Assembly (NCBI GenBank): GCA_963762115.1
Contig: CAVXJH010000007.1
Location: forward strand, 16,694-80,693
Direction: 5' to 3'
DNA length: 64,000 nt
Origin: Candidatus Babeliales bacterium
GTDB taxonomy: Bacteria; Babelota; Babeliae; Babelales; JANWKD01
The notes under the pieces were generated by a model. The model worked only from the letters and a program-made list of their open reading frames with translations, ran no database searches and had not been told where the DNA came from. Below are positions 38,814 through 49,743 of the stretch, in pieces. Both the position numbers and the translations under genes were made by a program. Within the stretch, counting starts at the first letter, position 1, and each line of letters starts with the position of its first letter.

Positions 38814-41534
38814 ATGATTCCCTTAAAAATACAACTTAAAAACTTCCTAAGTTACGGTCCAACACTACAAACCATTGATTTTGGACCATATCCACTCATT
38901 TGCCTTAGTGGTAAAAATGGTCATGGAAAATCGGCATTGTTGGATGCGATTACCTGGGCGGTTTGGGGACAAGCACGAAAAATTTCTGGCGTTGCTAAGG
39001 CAGATAATCACTTATTAAGACTTGGTCAAACCCAAATGATGGTTATTTTTGATTTTTTATTCAATGATAACCAATACCGGATTAGACGAGAATATGCAAA
39101 AACATATGGCAAACCTTATGCAACCTTAGATTTTGGCATAATTCAAAAGGAAACGCAGCTCTATCTTCCTCTCACCAGCAAGACCATTCGCGATACTCAG
39201 GCCATTATTGAAACAACTCTGGGGTTAGATTTTGACTCGTTCATCAATTCTGCTTTTTTACGACAAGGTCAATCAAACGAATTTTCCAAAAAATCTCCCA
39301 AAGATCGCAAAGAAATTCTCAGTTCAATTCTGGGTCTAAAACATTATGACATTATGAAAAAATTGGCTTTGAATAAGGCTAGAGATGCTACAACACAGTT
39401 ACAACAATTACATAATTTTAATGAAAAAATCGAAAGAGAACTAGAAAAAACAAGTGAAATTGCTATAAAAATCATTGAAATACAACAACAAATAGTTCTC
39501 TCTCAAGCGCAAGACAAAAAAATTATCCAAAAAAAAATTGAACTTGAAACAGTAAAACAAAATTACACTCAAGCAAAAAATGCTGAGCAAGTATTACATT
39601 TTCAAATTCAACAAAAAAATAAAGAACAAGAGACTCTTCAAATAAAGCTGATTGCTTTATATAAAGATTGGAAAAAAATACATGCTCAACAAAAAAACAT
39701 GTATGATCTCACGTCTCTAGAAACTAAGAAACAAGAAATACTCGATAAAATTTCACTATTTCAAAAACAATTACAAAAAAGTTTAGAACTTAAAACAAGC
39801 ATTTTACAGTATCAACAAGAAGAGCAGATTCTTTCAAAAAAATTTCAGGATTCCTTCCAACAACAAATTCAAGAACACCAAATACAACTTCTTTCATTGC
39901 AAACAGCTGTTATTACTAAACAAGCAGAAGAAAAAGAACTGTGCAATAAACAAAATGCTCATGTTCAATTGCTTCAAGAAATTACCAATAAAGTCACCAC
40001 ATTAGATGAAAATATAAAAAAAATCACCAATTCTGATAATGAAAAAACTCTAGAAGAGAAAAGGTTCGAAAAGCGAAAAGCATTTTATCATCAATGGATT
40101 GCACAAGGCAATATGGTTGCTCAAGAGTTATCAAATATTCAGCAAAAGCAACTCTTACAATGCAATGATCAAAATACAAGCTGCCCCGTGTGCGAACAAA
40201 ATTTATCTGCATCAAGAAAAAAATTTTTAAAAGCAAAATATACTCAAGATGAACAACTTCTCAAACATCGTTTTACTCGTTTAAGTGTTATTACCAAAAA
40301 ATTAAAAATAGTTTTAGTTAAACAACATGCACAATTAGAAACATTAAACAATCAATTGGCACTCCGTGCACAACTAAATAATAATCTTCAAGAATTCACC
40401 AAAAATAAGCTTGCTTTGGAAAATGAGCGCATAATAATTACTAAGCATCTTGCGCAACTTCAACAAGAAATTGTTCAATTTACCACTGAACTTACCGACA
40501 AAAATAAAGACATTCAGCTTTTGCAATCAACACAATCTGAACAAATAATTAATGATCCGTCATATAAAAACTTAAAAAACTCTCTTGAGCAAACACAAGA
40601 AGCTTTAGATAATACGCTTTATGATGCCCAAGAACATCAAAAAACGACCCAAGAATTACAGCTGCTTGAACAACAGCGTGTGCAAGCTCATGTATATTTT
40701 CAAGATGTAGACAAACAAAAAAACAGAAAAGAAGAAATTCAAAATCTTTGTCGCATACTCAAATCAATAAAAAAAGAAATTCGAGAATACACACAAAAAA
40801 TAAAAGAATATGCGCATTTAGAAGCAATCTTGCACACCATACAAACTGAAGAAAACATCATTAACGGTGAAATACAAACGTTACAAGAACAAAAAGAAAT
40901 CCTTTTGCTTGAAAAAGGAAGATTAGAAAATGAACGAACAAATTTACTCATTCTAGAAAAAGAACATGCACGCCAGAAAGAAGAAATTAATTCTCTCAAG
41001 CAGACAGTCGATGATTATCAAATATTAGCAACAACATTTGGCAAAGATGGTATTCAAGCGTTACTTATTGAGGAAGCATTGCCCGAAATTGAACAAGAAG
41101 CAAATGCTTTGCTCAATCAATTGACCAATAATCAATCACATATATTTATTGAATCGCTACGAGATTTACAAAAAGGTGGTACCAAAGAAACATTAGATAT
41201 TAAAATTTCTGATGCGCAAGGCATTCGACCTTATGAACTATTTTCTGGTGGAGAAGCATTTAGAATCGACTTTGCACTAAGAATTGCCATTTCAAAATTG
41301 CTTGCAAGACGTGCAGGAACTTCATTACAAACGCTCATAATCGATGAGGGATTCGGTTCACAAGATGAAGAAGGACTTGCCTATATTATGGATGCATTAC
41401 ATAAGATTCAAGATAATTTTTCTAAAATTATTATCGTTTCTCATCTCACCTCAATGAAAGATCAATTTCCCGTGCATTTTTATATTGAAAAAGGTGCTCA
41501 AGGCAGTACGGTTAATGTTGTTGAACAAGGTTAA
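38814..41534 (+). CDS. sbcC: SbcC/Rad50-like SMC-family ATPase with zinc hook
   Basis: Walker A LSGKNGHGKSALLDAITWAVWGQ, long coiled coils, central CPVC zinc-hook, C-terminal signature/Walker B ...LIIDEGFGSQDEEG; no sbcD adjacent. Confidence 0.7.
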   Translation: MIPLKIQLKNFLSYGPTLQTIDFGPYPLICLSGKNGHGKSALLDAITWAVWGQARKISGVAKADNHLLRLGQTQMMVIFDFLFNDNQYRIRREYAKTYGKPYATLDFGIIQKETQLYLPLTSKTIRDTQAIIETTLGLDFDSFINSAFLRQGQSNEFSKKSPKDRKEILSSILGLKHYDIMKKLALNKARDATTQLQQLHNFNEKIERELEKTSEIAIKIIEIQQQIVLSQAQDKKIIQKKIELETVKQNYTQAKNAEQVLHFQIQQKNKEQETLQIKLIALYKDWKKIHAQQKNMYDLTSLETKKQEILDKISLFQKQLQKSLELKTSILQYQQEEQILSKKFQDSFQQQIQEHQIQLLSLQTAVITKQAEEKELCNKQNAHVQLLQEITNKVTTLDENIKKITNSDNEKTLEEKRFEKRKAFYHQWIAQGNMVAQELSNIQQKQLLQCNDQNTSCPVCEQNLSASRKKFLKAKYTQDEQLLKHRFTRLSVITKKLKIVLVKQHAQLETLNNQLALRAQLNNNLQEFTKNKLALENERIIITKHLAQLQQEIVQFTTELTDKNKDIQLLQSTQSEQIINDPSYKNLKNSLEQTQEALDNTLYDAQEHQKTTQELQLLEQQRVQAHVYFQDVDKQKNRKEEIQNLCRILKSIKKEIREYTQKIKEYAHLEAILHTIQTEENIINGEIQTLQEQKEILLLEKGRLENERTNLLILEKEHARQKEEINSLKQTVDDYQILATTFGKDGIQALLIEEALPEIEQEANALLNQLTNNQSHIFIESLRDLQKGGTKETLDIKISDAQGIRPYELFSGGEAFRIDFALRIAISKLLARRAGTSLQTLIIDEGFGSQDEEGLAYIMDALHKIQDNFSKIIIVSHLTSMKDQFPVHFYIEKGAQGSTVNVVEQG

Positions 41535-41558
41535 TATCAAACAATAATTATCTCACTA

Positions 41559-41798
41559 TCAAGGCACAACGACAACGTTTCCAATCAAAGGAATTTGTTT
41601 TTTTAATGATTCTTCAACACCAAAACGTATCGTCATTAATGAAAAAGGGCACCTTTTACAGGCACCCTTTAAAGATACATAAACAATATTGTTTTCAAAC
41701 TTAATAAATTCAATATCGCCACCATCTTTTTGAAGCATTGGTCGAATTTCATCCAATGCTTCATGAATTTTTTGAATAAGCTGTTCGCTTACACCCAT
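41559..41798 (-). CDS. NifU-like (Nfu C-terminal domain) Fe-S assembly protein
   Basis: KDGGDIEF...VSLKGACKRCPFSLMT motif. Confidence 0.6.
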   Translation of the reverse strand: MGVSEQLIQKIHEALDEIRPMLQKDGGDIEFIKFENNIVYVSLKGACKRCPFSLMTIRFGVEESLKKQIPLIGNVVVVP

Positions 41799-42145
41799 GT
41801 TAGTTGTGCAACAGGTGCAGTATCACTTAGACGTTGGCCAAGTGATCTAAGACGCGTATAACCGCCTGGGCGATTAGCATACGTTGGTGCTATTTCTTTT
41901 ACAAGCTTAACAACAGCTTCTTTTTTATAAGGCAACAATGCATGAATACGTCGATATGTATTAAACGTATCGCCAGTTCTTGCAATAGTAACCACTTTTT
42001 CAGCCAATCGTTGCACTTCTTTGGCATTCGCTCTTGTTGTGACCAATTTCCCATAAGTAATTAAATGGATCACTTGGTTTCGCAACATTGATCGGCGATG
42101 TGGAGCTTTTAAATTTAATTTTTTTTTGCCATTTTGATGATTCAT
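41789..42145 (-). CDS. rplQ: 50S ribosomal protein L17
   Basis: family match, position after rpoA. Confidence 0.85.
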   Translation of the reverse strand: MNHQNGKKKLNLKAPHRRSMLRNQVIHLITYGKLVTTRANAKEVQRLAEKVVTIARTGDTFNTYRRIHALLPYKKEAVVKLVKEIAPTYANRPGGYTRLRSLGQRLSDTAPVAQLTWV

Positions 42146-42170
42146 GGTATGTATTACCTTTAGTTACAAG

Positions 42171-43223
42171 TTATTCTTCATCAGCAACTTTTGCTAATTT
42201 TTTCAAATCAGATTCTTTAATATTCATGCCGAACGAAAGACCAAATGCTTTAAGGCTCTCTTTAACTTCATCTAATGATTTGCGACCAAAGTTCTTAATT
42301 TTAAGCGCTTCATCATCTGAATAATTAACAAGATCAACAACACGTTTGATACCAGCATTAATTAAACAATTATGCGCACGAACTGAAAGTTCTAACTCAT
42401 TAATTGGTTTCAAGAGTAAATCTACCGGAATGCCCTTAAGACCTTGTTCACTGTTACCTTTAGGCTGAATAAATTTCGTAGCTTCTTCAGGAACTGAAGA
42501 AATGTCATTAAATGGTATTTCAGTACTTAACAAGAAATGCTCTAATTGAGTTCTTAATACCGAAACAGCGTAGTGTAATACTTGTAATGGAGTTTCAGCA
42601 CCATCTGTATCAATTCGTATAATTAATTTATCATAATCAATATCACGACCTACACGAGTTTTTTCTACGTCAAAAGTAACTTTACGTACCGGTGAAAACA
42701 TTGCATCAAGATAAATGCGACCATCTTCTTGTAATTGTTTTCCAGCAGGCCATTGAGCTGGTTGATAACCTCTTCCAGATTCAACAAAAAACTCTATATC
42801 AAGAATACCACCAGGAGCAACATGCGCTAAAATATGATCTTTGTTAATAAGCTCTAAATGATCATCAGTTTTAATATCAGCAACACGTGCAACCGATTCA
42901 CCTTTGACTATTAGATGCATTTTACCTGATTTGCCCTCTTTATTACGGACAACAATTTCTTTAAGATTCAGAATAATTTGCATCGCATCTTCTAAAACAC
43001 CCGGCAGAGGCGAAAATTCATTATTAACGCCTTTAATAATTACGGATGTAACCGCAGAACCTTCTACTCCCCCTAGCAAAACTCTTCGTAACGCATTGCC
43101 CAAAGTAATCCCAAAACCTGGCTCCAATGGTTGTGCAACAAGTTCACCAAAAGTATCATTTAAGGTTTTCTTATTCCAACCAAGCAGTGGAATTGTTAAA
43201 GGTTTATACTCCTTCTTATCCAT
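42171..43223 (-). CDS. rpoA: DNA-directed RNA polymerase alpha subunit
   Basis: GFGITLGNALRRVLL motif, alpha-CTD; operon position. Confidence 0.9.
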   Translation of the reverse strand: MDKKEYKPLTIPLLGWNKKTLNDTFGELVAQPLEPGFGITLGNALRRVLLGGVEGSAVTSVIIKGVNNEFSPLPGVLEDAMQIILNLKEIVVRNKEGKSGKMHLIVKGESVARVADIKTDDHLELINKDHILAHVAPGGILDIEFFVESGRGYQPAQWPAGKQLQEDGRIYLDAMFSPVRKVTFDVEKTRVGRDIDYDKLIIRIDTDGAETPLQVLHYAVSVLRTQLEHFLLSTEIPFNDISSVPEEATKFIQPKGNSEQGLKGIPVDLLLKPINELELSVRAHNCLINAGIKRVVDLVNYSDDEALKIKNFGRKSLDEVKESLKAFGLSFGMNIKESDLKKLAKVADEE

Positions 43224-43282
43224 ATGTTCTCCTGAAAAGTCGACTCAACACCTGTTGAATGACGTGCAAGTAATGACTTGCG

Positions 43283-43840
43283 TTATTTGGAATATAACTC
43301 AACAATTAAATGCTCTTCAATTGGCACTTGAATATCAGAACGAACAGGAAGACGCAAAACACGACCTTTACGATCTTTCTTGTTTAACTCCAACCATTCT
43401 GGCACTTTAACACCAATATTGAGCCTTTTATCAATTACTCTCTCCAAAAATTCTGGTTTTTGCGTAACATTTTGAGCTAACGAAACTTCATCATTAACAG
43501 AAACGAGATATGAAGGAGAATATACCTTCTGCCCATTTACTAAAATATGTCCGTGTACAATTATTTGACGAGCTTGCGCACGAGATGTTGCAAGTTTAAG
43601 TCGATATAATGTATTATCAAGTCTTCTCTCCAATAAGCTCAATAAACGCTCACCAGCTGCTTCCTGACTTTTTGCGGCCATCTTAAAAAATCTTTTGAAT
43701 TGCTTTTCAAGCATGCCATACATGCTTTTAACTTTTTGTTTTTCTTCAAGCTGCTTACCATATTCGGACAATTTTTTCATACGCTTTGGCGCAGCCGTTT
43801 TTTGTTCTTGAGATCCAACTGGAGTAGACTTTTTTTTCAT
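43283..43840 (-). CDS. rpsD: 30S ribosomal protein S4 (short N-terminus, no Zn-finger region)
   Basis: LSEYGKQLEEKQKVKSMYGMLEKQF and S4 domain; start placed at MKKKSTPVG (AGGA RBS) because the longer track ORF would overlap rpsK. Confidence 0.8.
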   Translation of the reverse strand: MKKKSTPVGSQEQKTAAPKRMKKLSEYGKQLEEKQKVKSMYGMLEKQFKRFFKMAAKSQEAAGERLLSLLERRLDNTLYRLKLATSRAQARQIIVHGHILVNGQKVYSPSYLVSVNDEVSLAQNVTQKPEFLERVIDKRLNIGVKVPEWLELNKKDRKGRVLRLPVRSDIQVPIEEHLIVELYSK

Positions 43841-43871
43841 AACAATCTTAAATCCTACAAAAATATTATAC

Positions 43872-44258
43872 TTATACTCTACGTTTTTTTGCTGGACGGC
43901 ATCCATTATGAGGCAAAGGCGTCACATCTTGCAAAACGGTAATATTAAGACCTGATGCTTGTAATGCACGCACAACCGCATCTCTTCCTGATCCAGGACC
44001 TTGTAATTTAACTTCAACATTTTTTGTACCATGTAATGCTGAAAGTTCTTTTGCAAGCTTTAATCCAATTTGTGTAGCTGCAAAAGGGGTCCCTTTACGC
44101 GCGCCTTTGAAATTTTCACGGCCCGCACTTCCTGTTAATAATACATCGCCACTTTCAGTTGTAATCGAAACAAGCGTATTATTAAAAGTTGACTTAACAT
44201 GCGCAACAACTGAGTCAACATGTCTTTTAGTTTTTTTTGTTTTTTTCTTATAAGCCAT
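43872..44258 (-). CDS. rpsK: 30S ribosomal protein S11
   Basis: family match ...PHNGCRPAKKRRV. Confidence 0.9.
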   Translation of the reverse strand: MAYKKKTKKTKRHVDSVVAHVKSTFNNTLVSITTESGDVLLTGSAGRENFKGARKGTPFAATQIGLKLAKELSALHGTKNVEVKLQGPGSGRDAVVRALQASGLNITVLQDVTPLPHNGCRPAKKRRV

Positions 44259-44291
44259 TCTTTAAATATCCTCAACAGTCTGTTGATGTTA

Positions 44292-44681
44292 TTATTTTTT
44301 AGTTACTTTACGCTTTAGAGCAACTGCGCCACCAGCTTTTCTAGGGCCTTTACGAGTTCTTGCATTTGTTTTGGTACGTTGACCACGAACAGGCAATCCT
44401 CTTTTATGCCTTAACCCTCTATAAGATCCTATTTCCTGTAAACGCTTAATATTATTTCTAATATCTTTGCGCAATTCACCTTCAGTTGTATAATGAGAGG
44501 TTATTTCTTTTTGAATAGAAGCAACTTCTTCATCACTCAACTCTTTAACGCGCTTATCAAAATTAATTTTGAGCTTATTAAGAATATCTTGAGCCGATTT
44601 TAATCCAATGCCAAAAATATACGTTAAGCCAAATTCAACTCTTTTATTGCTCGGAAGATTTACACCTTCGATTCTTGCCAT
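44292..44681 (-). CDS. rpsM: 30S ribosomal protein S13
   Basis: [10 protein letters not shown]... family match. Confidence 0.9.
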   Translation of the reverse strand: MARIEGVNLPSNKRVEFGLTYIFGIGLKSAQDILNKLKINFDKRVKELSDEEVASIQKEITSHYTTEGELRKDIRNNIKRLQEIGSYRGLRHKRGLPVRGQRTKTNARTRKGPRKAGGAVALKRKVTKK

Positions 44682-44711
44682 AAAAATCCCTTGTTAAATC
44701 CAATAATTTTT

Positions 44712-44828
44712 TTATCCTTGACGCTGCTTGTGTCTTGGATTTCTATCACAAATAATACGAACGACTCCTTCGCGTTTCACAACACGACAGTTTTCGCACA
44801 TTTTTTTTACCGATGTCCTTACTTTCAT
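44712..44828 (-). CDS. rpmJ: 50S ribosomal protein L36 (not in the ORF track)
   Basis: reverse complement encodes [38 protein letters not shown]. Confidence 0.85.
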   Translation of the reverse strand: MKVRTSVKKMCENCRVVKREGVVRIICDRNPRHKQRQG

Positions 44829-44847
44829 TTTTTCCCCGTGACGTTAG

Positions 44848-45084
44848 TTATATTCGATCACTTTTATAACGCAATACAATTCTTCCTCGTGTCAAATCAT
44901 AGGGTGAAAGTTCTAACGCAACTTTATCCCCTGGCAAAATTCTGATGTAATTCATACGCATTTTCCCAGAAACATGGCCAAGCACAACATGTCCACCTTC
45001 GATTTCAACACGAAACATAGCATTTGGTAGAGTTTCTTTAACAATACCATCAACTTTTATAACTTCTTCTTTTTTATTGCTCAT
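44848..45084 (-). CDS. infA: translation initiation factor IF-1
   Basis: S1-like fold sequence [46 protein letters not shown]. Confidence 0.9.
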   Translation of the reverse strand: MSNKKEEVIKVDGIVKETLPNAMFRVEIEGGHVVLGHVSGKMRMNYIRILPGDKVALELSPYDLTRGRIVLRYKSDRI

Positions 45085-45845
45085 TGCACACCTTGGTTTT
45101 TTCTCGTCAGCACAAGTGGCTCCTGTTCAGTAATCACAATAGTATCTTCAACATGTGCGGCCAAACTTTTGTCTTTAGTTTTTACCGTCCATCCATCATG
45201 AGTGACATATACATCAAATTTACCCATAGTTATCATCGGCTCAATAGCAAAAGCCATCCCCGGTCGCAAAACAGGCCCTTTGCCTGCTTTACCATAATTC
45301 AGAATTTCGGGAGCTTCGTGCATACTTTTCCCAATGCCATGACCAGCAAAATCACGCACAACACCGTACCCATGGCTTTCAACTTCTTGTTGAATTGCTG
45401 CAGAAATATCAGAAAGGCGATTACCCGACCTTGCCATTTCTATACCTTTATCGAGTGCACCATGCGCAACAGCTACAAGTTTTTTTGCATTAGAATCACC
45501 TTCTCCAACAAAATAACACCGAGCCATATCCGCACAATAACCCTGCCAAGACGCACAAACATCAACCTTAACCAGATCGCCTTCTTTTAAAATAATATCT
45601 AAGCGAGGAATTCCATGCACTACAACGTCATTCAAAGAAATACAACTAACATGCTTATAGCCACAATACCCTTTAGATTGCGAAACCATTTCTTTTTTCA
45701 AAAGCTGCTCTTCAATCCAACTATCAAGATATAAGGTATTAGTACCAACCTGAATCAAAGGTTGAATATCATTTAAAATCTCAGCAAGGAACACTCCCGC
45801 CGTTTTCATTTTTTGTATTGACTGTTTATCTTTAATAGTAATCAT
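45081..45845 (-). CDS. map: type I methionine aminopeptidase
   Basis: metal-binding D/D/H/E/E context (KVDV, GHGIG, EPM). Confidence 0.85.
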   Translation of the reverse strand: MITIKDKQSIQKMKTAGVFLAEILNDIQPLIQVGTNTLYLDSWIEEQLLKKEMVSQSKGYCGYKHVSCISLNDVVVHGIPRLDIILKEGDLVKVDVCASWQGYCADMARCYFVGEGDSNAKKLVAVAHGALDKGIEMARSGNRLSDISAAIQQEVESHGYGVVRDFAGHGIGKSMHEAPEILNYGKAGKGPVLRPGMAFAIEPMITMGKFDVYVTHDGWTVKTKDKSLAAHVEDTIVITEQEPLVLTRKNQGVQ

Positions 45846-45847
45846 AA

Positions 45848-46537
45848 TTATATTTTATTTTTTAACAAAAATTGAAAATCATCAAAAACATTTTTCAAAG
45901 GCTTTTCTACATTAACTTCACTTATAGGCAAACCATATGCCCGATAATAATCTAATAAAACTTGCTCATGACTATGATATATTTTCAATCTTTCTTTAAC
46001 TGAATTTATTTCATCGTCAGATCTACGCACCAAATCATTTTGACAATTATCACACGTCATTACCCGTTCTGGCATTAAAGCAGACGAAGGTAAAAAAGAA
46101 TAAATAGATTGACAGTCATTATTACTGCATATCAATCGAGCTGCCAATCTCTGAATAATTGCATCATCAGAAATAAATAATCGAACAACTTTTAAAACAC
46201 AATCCTTAATTTTATTATTAAGAATGAGATTTAAAGCCTCAGCTTGTTTAACCGTTCGAGGAAATCCATCGAGAACCGTCGTTTCAAACTCAGAACCATT
46301 GTTCATTAACCATTCTTCAACCATGCTAATGATCAGCCCATCTGATATTAGTTTACCAGATTTTATAGCAAAATCTATTTGTTTGCCAATTTCTGTATTT
46401 TCATTAATGTTTTTTCTGCATAAAAAACCTGTTGAAAGCTGTTTCCAACCTAATTTAGTTGTACAATAACTCGACAGTGAACCTTTACCTGAACCTGGTG
46501 GCCCAATAAAAACAAAAACTTCTTTTTTCCTATTCAA
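45848..46537 (-). CDS. adk: adenylate kinase
   Basis: P-loop GPPGSGKGS, LID with Cys pairs. Confidence 0.85.
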   Translation of the reverse strand: MNRKKEVFVFIGPPGSGKGSLSSYCTTKLGWKQLSTGFLCRKNINENTEIGKQIDFAIKSGKLISDGLIISMVEEWLMNNGSEFETTVLDGFPRTVKQAEALNLILNNKIKDCVLKVVRLFISDDAIIQRLAARLICSNNDCQSIYSFLPSSALMPERVMTCDNCQNDLVRRSDDEINSVKERLKIYHSHEQVLLDYYRAYGLPISEVNVEKPLKNVFDDFQFLLKNKI

Positions 46538-47847
46538 CGCGCAGTCCTACTTTTCAATCGACCAGATGTTAAAAAACCTTCATAACGATGTTCAATTAAA
46601 TATGACTCAATTTGTGCCGATGTTTCCAAAGCAACACCAACGACAATAAGCAACGAAGTACCACTTAAATTAAATGGCATACGCATAAAAGCATGTAAAA
46701 TGTTTGGGGCAAGCGCTAAACATGCTAAATAAATTGCACCAACCAAACCAATACGAGTTAATATATAATTGAAAAAAAGTGCTGTCTTTTTTCCAGGTCT
46801 AATACCAGGAATAAAACCACCACTTTTTTTGATATTTTCAGCAAGTTCTTCAGGATTGAATATAAGAGCTGTATAAAAGAACGAAAAAGCAATAATCAAA
46901 AAGAACTGTAGTACATTATATACAATTCCCATTTGACCAAACCAATCAACAAATCCTTTTATAAATTCAAACCGCTGAGACAATAAACCCGCCAATGCTA
47001 AAGGAGCATTAATTACAGCAGAGGTAAAAATAATTGGCATTATACTTGCATTATTAATCCTAAAAGGTATGTAGGTACTTTGACCCCCATATACTCTTTG
47101 CCCAACAACACGTCGTGCATACTGCACGGGAATTTTACGTTCGCCTTTTTCAAGAAAAACAATACAAGCAGTAATAATAAGAAAAATAACAAAAATAAGT
47201 AATGCTTGAAATATATTAATACTCCCAGCATCAACCATTGCTTTTGTTTTAATAATATATTCTGGAAATTTTGAAACAATACCAGAAAATATTATCATAG
47301 AACTACCATTACCAATACCAAAAAGGGAAATCTGTTCACCTAACCACATAACAAACATGGCACCGATAGTTAAAGAGAGAACAAATATAATTCGAAAACT
47401 CCACCCTGGCGTTAAAGCTAAATTATGGCTCTCCAAGTATAATGCATACGGAAAACTATACATAATACTTAAACCAAAGGTTAAATACCTTGTATATTGA
47501 TTAATTATCTTTCTACCATAATCACCTTCCTTAATTAGTTGTTCTAAATAAGGAACAGTCATGCCCAACATTTGCATCATTATTGAAGCAGTAATATAAG
47601 GCGAAATACCCAAAGCAAACAAGGTGGAACTTGCAAGAGATCCACCTGAAAAAATATCAAGATAACTAAGCAACCCACCTAAACTGGTTGCTTGCTTCAT
47701 ATATTCACCAAGAAGAGGAATATTAACTCCGATAACAGGAATATAACAACCCAATCTGGTGATAATTAAAACACCTAACGTAAAAAATAATTTTTTCCGT
47801 AGCTCGGGTATGAGTAAAATGTTTTTAAAATTTTTTAAAAGTACCAC
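46534..47847 (-). CDS. secY: preprotein translocase SecY
   Basis: 10-TM SecY family; operon position. Confidence 0.9.
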   Translation of the reverse strand: MVLLKNFKNILLIPELRKKLFFTLGVLIITRLGCYIPVIGVNIPLLGEYMKQATSLGGLLSYLDIFSGGSLASSTLFALGISPYITASIMMQMLGMTVPYLEQLIKEGDYGRKIINQYTRYLTFGLSIMYSFPYALYLESHNLALTPGWSFRIIFVLSLTIGAMFVMWLGEQISLFGIGNGSSMIIFSGIVSKFPEYIIKTKAMVDAGSINIFQALLIFVIFLIITACIVFLEKGERKIPVQYARRVVGQRVYGGQSTYIPFRINNASIMPIIFTSAVINAPLALAGLLSQRFEFIKGFVDWFGQMGIVYNVLQFFLIIAFSFFYTALIFNPEELAENIKKSGGFIPGIRPGKKTALFFNYILTRIGLVGAIYLACLALAPNILHAFMRMPFNLSGTSLLIVVGVALETSAQIESYLIEHRYEGFLTSGRLKSRTAR

Positions 47848-47849
47848 CC

Positions 47850-48299
47850 TTAGCTCTCCTTAGTTATGTGTACTTCTCCACCGCATCGTTTAATTTCTTC
47901 AATAGCATTCTTACTAAAAGCATCTGCATGAACAACAAATTTTTTCGTAAGAGTTCCGTTTCCTAAAATTTTAATGGCAACATTACGTGGGCCCTTTATA
48001 AGACCTTGTTCAAAGAAAGAATTTTTCGTGATTTGAGAACCAGCTTCAAAGGTTTTTTCTAAATCAGACAAATTTTTTATTACAAAGACAGTGCCAAATT
48101 CTTTATTGTTGAAACCTCGTTTAGGCAAACGACGAATAAGAGTAGTTTGTCCACCCTCGAAACCAACGCGAACCCTTGAGTGTCCGCTTCTTGCCTTTTG
48201 GCCCTTATGGCCTCTGCCAGAAGTTCCGCCACGACTACCACCACGTCCAATTCTCTTCCTCTTTTTAACAAGTGATGTTAAATTACTTAGCTGCAACAT
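47850..48299 (-). CDS. rplO: 50S ribosomal protein L15
   Basis: family match; directly after S5 (no L30 gene between). Confidence 0.9.
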   Translation of the reverse strand: MLQLSNLTSLVKKRKRIGRGGSRGGTSGRGHKGQKARSGHSRVRVGFEGGQTTLIRRLPKRGFNNKEFGTVFVIKNLSDLEKTFEAGSQITKNSFFEQGLIKGPRNVAIKILGNGTLTKKFVVHADAFSKNAIEEIKRCGGEVHITKES

Positions 48300-48801
48300 G
48301 GCTTCCCTTTATAATTTGCTCAATAGTTTTTCCTCTGAATCTTGCAATATCTTGAATTGTTCGCAATTTAGCCAAAGCATTTAATGTTGCTTTAACAACA
48401 TTCAATTGATTTGAAGAACCAAGAGATTTTGCTAAAACATCTTTGACGCCCAAAACTTCCATAACAGAGCGAACAGGTCCACCAGCAATAACGCCTGTAC
48501 CTTGATATGCAGAACGAATAATCACTGTGCTTGAACCATGCTTACCAACAACATTATAAGGAATCGTTGTATTACGTAATGGTACAGTAATCAAGCTTTT
48601 GCGTGCTTTAACGGTTGCTTTTGCAATTGCCGATGACACTTCTTTACTTTTTCCTAATGCTAAACCAATGTTGCCCTTTTGATCACCAGAAATGACAAAA
48701 GCAGAAAAAGAAAATCTTTTACCACCTTTGGTAACTTTAGTAACCCTTCTAACACTGACAACTGCATCTAAAAAATCTTTTTCTTTATGACCTTCAGCCA
48801 T
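48283..48801 (-). CDS. rpsE: 30S ribosomal protein S5
   Basis: family match. Confidence 0.9.
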   Translation of the reverse strand: MAEGHKEKDFLDAVVSVRRVTKVTKGGKRFSFSAFVISGDQKGNIGLALGKSKEVSSAIAKATVKARKSLITVPLRNTTIPYNVVGKHGSSTVIIRSAYQGTGVIAGGPVRSVMEVLGVKDVLAKSLGSSNQLNVVKATLNALAKLRTIQDIARFRGKTIEQIIKGSHVAAK

Positions 48802-48824
48802 TATTTCAATTCCTACCTTATAGA

Positions 48825-49178
48825 TTAGACTTGCAAACCACCATCTCTTAATCCATCAGCTAGGCATTTAACCCTACCATGGAAAAGATAACTTCCTCGA
48901 TCAAAAACAACAGCTTTAATACCTTTGTCTAAAGCTCTTTTTGCAAGCTCTAACCCTACAGCTTTTGCTTGTTCTTTTTTATCACCAGAAAGTGTTTTTA
49001 ATTCAACTGTTGAGCAACTTACAACAGTATTATGATTAGTATCGTCAATAATCTGTGCATAAATATTATTTATACTACGAAAAACAGATATTCTTGGTAA
49101 CAGTTGCGTATTTAAACGGCTACGTACTCGACGTTTTCTTCGCACTGTTCTTTGTTTAATTTTTCTTTCTAAAGACAC
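48825..49178 (-). CDS. rplR: 50S ribosomal protein L18
   Basis: family match. Confidence 0.9.
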   Translation of the reverse strand: MSLERKIKQRTVRRKRRVRSRLNTQLLPRISVFRSINNIYAQIIDDTNHNTVVSCSTVELKTLSGDKKEQAKAVGLELAKRALDKGIKAVVFDRGSYLFHGRVKCLADGLRDGGLQV

Positions 49179-49193
49179 GGCTATTTCCCATTA

Positions 49194-49733
49194 TTAAGAT
49201 GATTTAGTTTTGCCAGCTTTACGGATTAACACTTCATGTTCTAATTTAATGCCAGTACCCTTGTAAGGCTCTGGTGGTCTTAATCCACGAATATGGCTAC
49301 AAACTTGACCTACCATCATTTTATCTGAACCTTTTACAATCAAAATCTGTCCAGTTTTATCAATATCAACAGTAATTCCAGCAGGTAATTCAAAGTCTAT
49401 TTTATGACTATACCCTAATGAAAAAACAAGTTTGTTGCCCGTTAATACCGCTTTAAAACCTAATCCAGTAATTATTAGTTTTTGTTCAAAACCAATATTA
49501 GCACCGATGATTTTATTAGCTAACAAAGCTCGATTTAAACCCCAAATTCTATTGCCATCAGACGAACGAAGATCGGTTGTTAAAACAATCGTGTCGTCAG
49601 CTAGTTCAGCTTTTATCTCAGATGGTAAAACATGAACACCAGATGATTTTTTACCCTTAAAGTGCACTTCTTGCCCCTTAATATCAATCTGGACATCTTT
49701 TGAATTTATTGGTCTTCTTCCAATTTTTGACAT
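49194..49733 (-). CDS. rplF: 50S ribosomal protein L6
   Basis: family match; start trimmed to MSKIGRRPI. Confidence 0.85.
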   Translation of the reverse strand: MSKIGRRPINSKDVQIDIKGQEVHFKGKKSSGVHVLPSEIKAELADDTIVLTTDLRSSDGNRIWGLNRALLANKIIGANIGFEQKLIITGLGFKAVLTGNKLVFSLGYSHKIDFELPAGITVDIDKTGQILIVKGSDKMMVGQVCSHIRGLRPPEPYKGTGIKLEHEVLIRKAGKTKSS

Positions 49734-49743
49734 AATTTTATCC

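Noticed and set aside
38814-41534. Low-complexity K/E/Q-rich repeats in sbcC considered as DNA tandem repeats
   Set aside because: They are coiled-coil heptads within a single ORF.
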